NCBI GenBank assembly: GCA_018710835.1
Contig: DVJC01000034.1
Span: forward strand, 1 to 39,692
Direction of reading: 5' to 3'
From: Candidatus Limadaptatus stercoravium
GTDB taxonomy: Bacteria > Bacillota > Clostridia > Christensenellales > CAG-917
DNA length: 39,692 nt
The notes beneath the pieces were generated by a model. It saw only the letters and a program-made list of their open reading frames with translations. It had not been told where the DNA came from and made no database searches. Every line of letters starts with the position of its first letter. Positions within the stretch are counted from its first letter, which is position 1. Of the stretch, positions 36,756 through 39,692 are shown piece by piece. The position numbers and the translations under genes were made by a program.

Positions 36756-39110
36756 ATGAAGAAGAAAGTAACGATATTGCTTGTTCTCGTACTCGCGCTT
36801 TCCGTGCTTGTCGGTACGCTCGTCGGGTGCAATTCCATCATCACCCTCAACGAGGAAAGGGACGCGAATCAGGTGGTCGCCACCGTGAGTTACGCCGGAC
36901 AGACCTCGGAGATCTACAAGTATGAGCTGGCGATGAGTTTCAACTCCTACGCCTACATCTACCATGCCTACTACGACATGACCTATCAGGAAGCGGCGGA
37001 CTACATCCTGCAGTCGCTTGCCCAGCGCGAACTGCTCGTGCTCTTTGCCAAGGACGAACTCGTCAGCCTGCGCAACGAACGCGAGGGCAGGAACGATTCC
37101 CCCGCGGGCGTCTCCGTGGCGGACCTTCTCTCCGGCAGCGAGCTTGACCGCGCGATCGACAACGTCAACGACGACATCGTTTCGGCTATCAACACCGCGC
37201 TCGAGACTCTCATCAGCGCCAACAATCCTTCCTCTTCCACCGGCGGCTCTTCCGCCGAGTACGAGGAGTACAACGGTGCGGACGCGATCACGATCCGCTT
37301 CGATTCCAGGGGCGGCAGCACGGTTGACCGCGAGCGCATCCAGAACGGCACCGCGATCTTCGAACCTGCGGAACCCACTTACGACGGATACACATTCTAC
37401 GGCTGGTCCACGGAGCCTATCTCCGTTGACGAGGACATCGACACTTCTCTCATATGGGATTTCGACGACGAAGTCACTCTCGACATCGAAAACGGCGAGA
37501 AGAGCATGACTCTTTATGCGGTGTGGAAGCCCTATCTCGAACCCCGTCCCGTGCGCGAAGCGGCGGAGGAAGATCCCGACGCGGATTACGACCCCGACTA
37601 CGACATGCCAGAGGCGGAGTTCTCTCCCCACGCGCTCGGAGAGGACGGCAAGCTCACCGCCGCTTTCAGGGAACTGATCATGAACGGCGAGGTGGAGTTC
37701 GACTGCCTGGCGTCTTACTCCTCCGAGAAGAAGACGGAATATCTCAACGAATATCTCGACGACGCGGCGAAGAACGTGGCGGACGATTTCGCCTCTCTGC
37801 GTACGGATTACGACTATTATCTCGAAAACGAGATGAACACCCTGCTCATCACCAGACTGGAGCGCGAGATAGGCTCTTCGGCGTCCGTCAGCGACGAGGA
37901 AGTGCAGGCGCGCTTCGATCAGATGGTGGCAGCCAACCGCGAAGCCTACGGCGGCAACCGCACCTCTTACGAGTCCGCGCTGACCGGCGCGCTCTCCTCC
38001 GCTTATTACCACGAGTACACCTCCGCGGACGAGCGTTACGGATTCGTGCTCAACATTCTGCTGCAGCTGCCCGAAGAAGACCTCGCCGAGCTCACGCAGT
38101 GGGTCGAGGACGGGATCTATTCCGACAAGTCCGCCGTCATAGACAAACGCGACGAGCTTCTCCGTGCGCTTGAGATCAACGTCAGCAACCCCGATTACGA
38201 TCCCAACTACGTCTGCGACAACCATACCTGCGAGGCAGGCTCCGACTGCGATCCCATGACATGTCCGAATCACGCCTGCAAGGATAAGGTGAACGAGGAC
38301 GCGGATTGGAACCGGATCGTGGAGTTCGTCTACGATAAAGACACAGGCACGGCGGAGATCAGATACAACGTGACGGCGTGCCCGTCCATGGCGTATCTGC
38401 CCGGCACCGTCCCCGCGTTCACGCAGGAAGGAGAGAAGACCGGCATAGTGGAGCAGATCTACAACAGCCTCGCGCAGGTGACTCAGGCGGTGAAGGACGG
38501 CATGCCCGCAGTGCTCGGCGTCTACTGGACGCGCGAAGTCGCCACCGCATGGCTCTACCTCGTCGGCGACGACGCGGGCGGCACGTCCTCCGACTCCAAC
38601 AACGGCGGACTCGGCTATCTCGTCACCCCCGAAGGCACCGACTCCGGCTACATCGACGCTTTCACCGAACAGGCGCGCGCGCTCATCTCGGGCGGCGGCA
38701 CCGGCGCGTACACAACGGGCGGGCTTGAAGGCTCCTATGTCTTCGGCGACAACTTCATCGAGTCCGGTTCCACCAGCGGCGCGTATGCCGGCATCTTCAT
38801 CATTGTGGTGTCCGACGTGCCTTACGACACCGGTCTCAAAGGCGTGACGACGGACGCCGACGGCAATGCGAGTCAAATTGATCTTGCGTTCGGCGACGAC
38901 GGCATTCTGCCGCTCGATTACGTCATCGAATACGGTCCCACCCTTGAGGACTGCGTGACCATCCGCGAACAGATCAAGGACACCATCCTCACCAGCCGTC
39001 AGTCCGCGCTCTACGAAGAGAAGGTCAACGCCTTCGGCGTGGAGCACTACGAGAGCAACATTTCTTACAACAGAGGGGCGTACGAGTCGCTCTGGAAAAA
39101 CCTCGACTGA
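36756..39110 (+). CDS. Large PrsA/SurA-like lipoprotein with an inserted InlB-type B-repeat domain and a degenerate parvulin-like C-terminus
   Basis: Signal peptide with lipobox LVGC (Cys25). The SurA-N-like start reads NEERDANQVVATV...EIYKYEL. A Listeria-Bacteroides repeat signature is present (ITIRFDSRGGS...DGYTFYGWST...LYAVWKP). The C-terminus is parvulin-like (NNGGLGYLV...AFTEQARAL...GIFIIVVSD). The position after mfd is typical for prsA-like genes in Clostridia. Confidence 0.62.
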   Translation: MKKKVTILLVLVLALSVLVGTLVGCNSIITLNEERDANQVVATVSYAGQTSEIYKYELAMSFNSYAYIYHAYYDMTYQEAADYILQSLAQRELLVLFAKDELVSLRNEREGRNDSPAGVSVADLLSGSELDRAIDNVNDDIVSAINTALETLISANNPSSSTGGSSAEYEEYNGADAITIRFDSRGGSTVDRERIQNGTAIFEPAEPTYDGYTFYGWSTEPISVDEDIDTSLIWDFDDEVTLDIENGEKSMTLYAVWKPYLEPRPVREAAEEDPDADYDPDYDMPEAEFSPHALGEDGKLTAAFRELIMNGEVEFDCLASYSSEKKTEYLNEYLDDAAKNVADDFASLRTDYDYYLENEMNTLLITRLEREIGSSASVSDEEVQARFDQMVAANREAYGGNRTSYESALTGALSSAYYHEYTSADERYGFVLNILLQLPEEDLAELTQWVEDGIYSDKSAVIDKRDELLRALEINVSNPDYDPNYVCDNHTCEAGSDCDPMTCPNHACKDKVNEDADWNRIVEFVYDKDTGTAEIRYNVTACPSMAYLPGTVPAFTQEGEKTGIVEQIYNSLAQVTQAVKDGMPAVLGVYWTREVATAWLYLVGDDAGGTSSDSNNGGLGYLVTPEGTDSGYIDAFTEQARALISGGGTGAYTTGGLEGSYVFGDNFIESGSTSGAYAGIFIIVVSDVPYDTGLKGVTTDADGNASQIDLAFGDDGILPLDYVIEYGPTLEDCVTIREQIKDTILTSRQSALYEEKVNAFGVEHYESNISYNRGAYESLWKNLD

Positions 39111-39692
39111 GAGGGCGCTATTTAGCGAATAACTTTGTCAGGCGCATCAACGCGACCGCTTACGTACGGAAAGTACGCCGCGCGTCCGCGTTGATGCGCC
39201 TTTCGCGTTCTTCATCTAAAGGGGCTCCCCGCAAAATGTACATTTTGTGGGGTCCCCAGATCGCCCTCTCAGTTGACGTGCACTTATTTGGAGCGTCTTT
39301 GAGCACGACGTTCACTTGTTCGAAGCGTTCTTATACACGACGTGCGCTTTTCCGGGGCTGGAGCCGCCCAGCCAAAAAATACCCCACAAAAAATCCTTGC
39401 AGATTTTTTGCGGGGGCCCCGGACTTGCACATTGGACAGGGACAGAGTGCCGAACCGAAGGTCCAGCGATTGTTACGCGCGCAGCGCGTCAATCGCGTCG
39501 GGCAAGAAGTGCCGTACGCCGGCAATGCGCCATCTCTTCGCGAAGCGGGCGCATTACAAGTGGCATAATTTGCGGCACCGCAAAGGTGCCGCAATGCCGT
39601 CGCTCGTGCCCGAGCGCCGATGGTGTCCCCCGAAATGGTGGGTTCCCTGCAAGGGGGAACGATTTCGGGGGAAACCCGAAGGAAGGGGGTAA
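39111..39692 (+). repeat. Copy C of the dispersed modular non-coding element, starting directly after the stop codon and truncated by the window end
   Basis: It has the same 5' module as copy B (ctatttagcga...ctttgtcag, long hairpin, ctttcgcg...catctaaa). It also has 32-nt sub-repeats ending in acgacg, the ccccacaaaaaa/ttttttgcgggg hairpin and the 3' motif cgggggaaacccgaaggaaggggg. Confidence 0.8.

Overview
This is a GC-rich, gene-dense core chromosome segment. The gene order looks like Firmicutes/Clostridia, which is an inference from synteny. I support 31 protein genes, almost all on the + strand and many translationally coupled through ATGA/GTGA overlaps. In order they are rdgB and dinB (minus strand), galE-mcsA-mcsB-clpC, hpf, a sugar-phosphate isomerase and pgi. 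Next come an HD-domain 5'-nucleotidase, a degenerate ABC ATPase and ruvC, then an SdpI-family gene and ruvA-ruvB-queA-tgt-yajC. A small membrane protein follows on the minus strand. The rest are secD-secF-recJ-relA, an MBL hydrolase, hemZ, rpsO-pnp, a small lipoprotein, a glmU-like gene, pth-mfd and a large PrsA/SurA-like lipoprotein. I found no tRNA or rRNA genes, no CRISPR array, no transposase, integrase or phage genes, and no recognisable defence genes. The one thing the housekeeping annotation does not explain is a dispersed non-coding element of about 0.6 kb. It is modular and hairpin-rich, and it fills the three longest ORF-free gaps: 6858-7505 (minus orientation), 30243-30876 (plus), and 39111 to the window end (plus). 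Between copies, stems keep their pairing through compensated substitutions, the number of internal tandem sub-repeats varies, and no reading frame is conserved. I cannot assign it to any RNA or IS family I know. A second oddity is a 75-nt tandem duplication of the ruvC 3' end whose only differences are synonymous. Everything else is ordinary core genome with a few atypical domain architectures. The many long antisense ORFs in the track are GC-bias artefacts.
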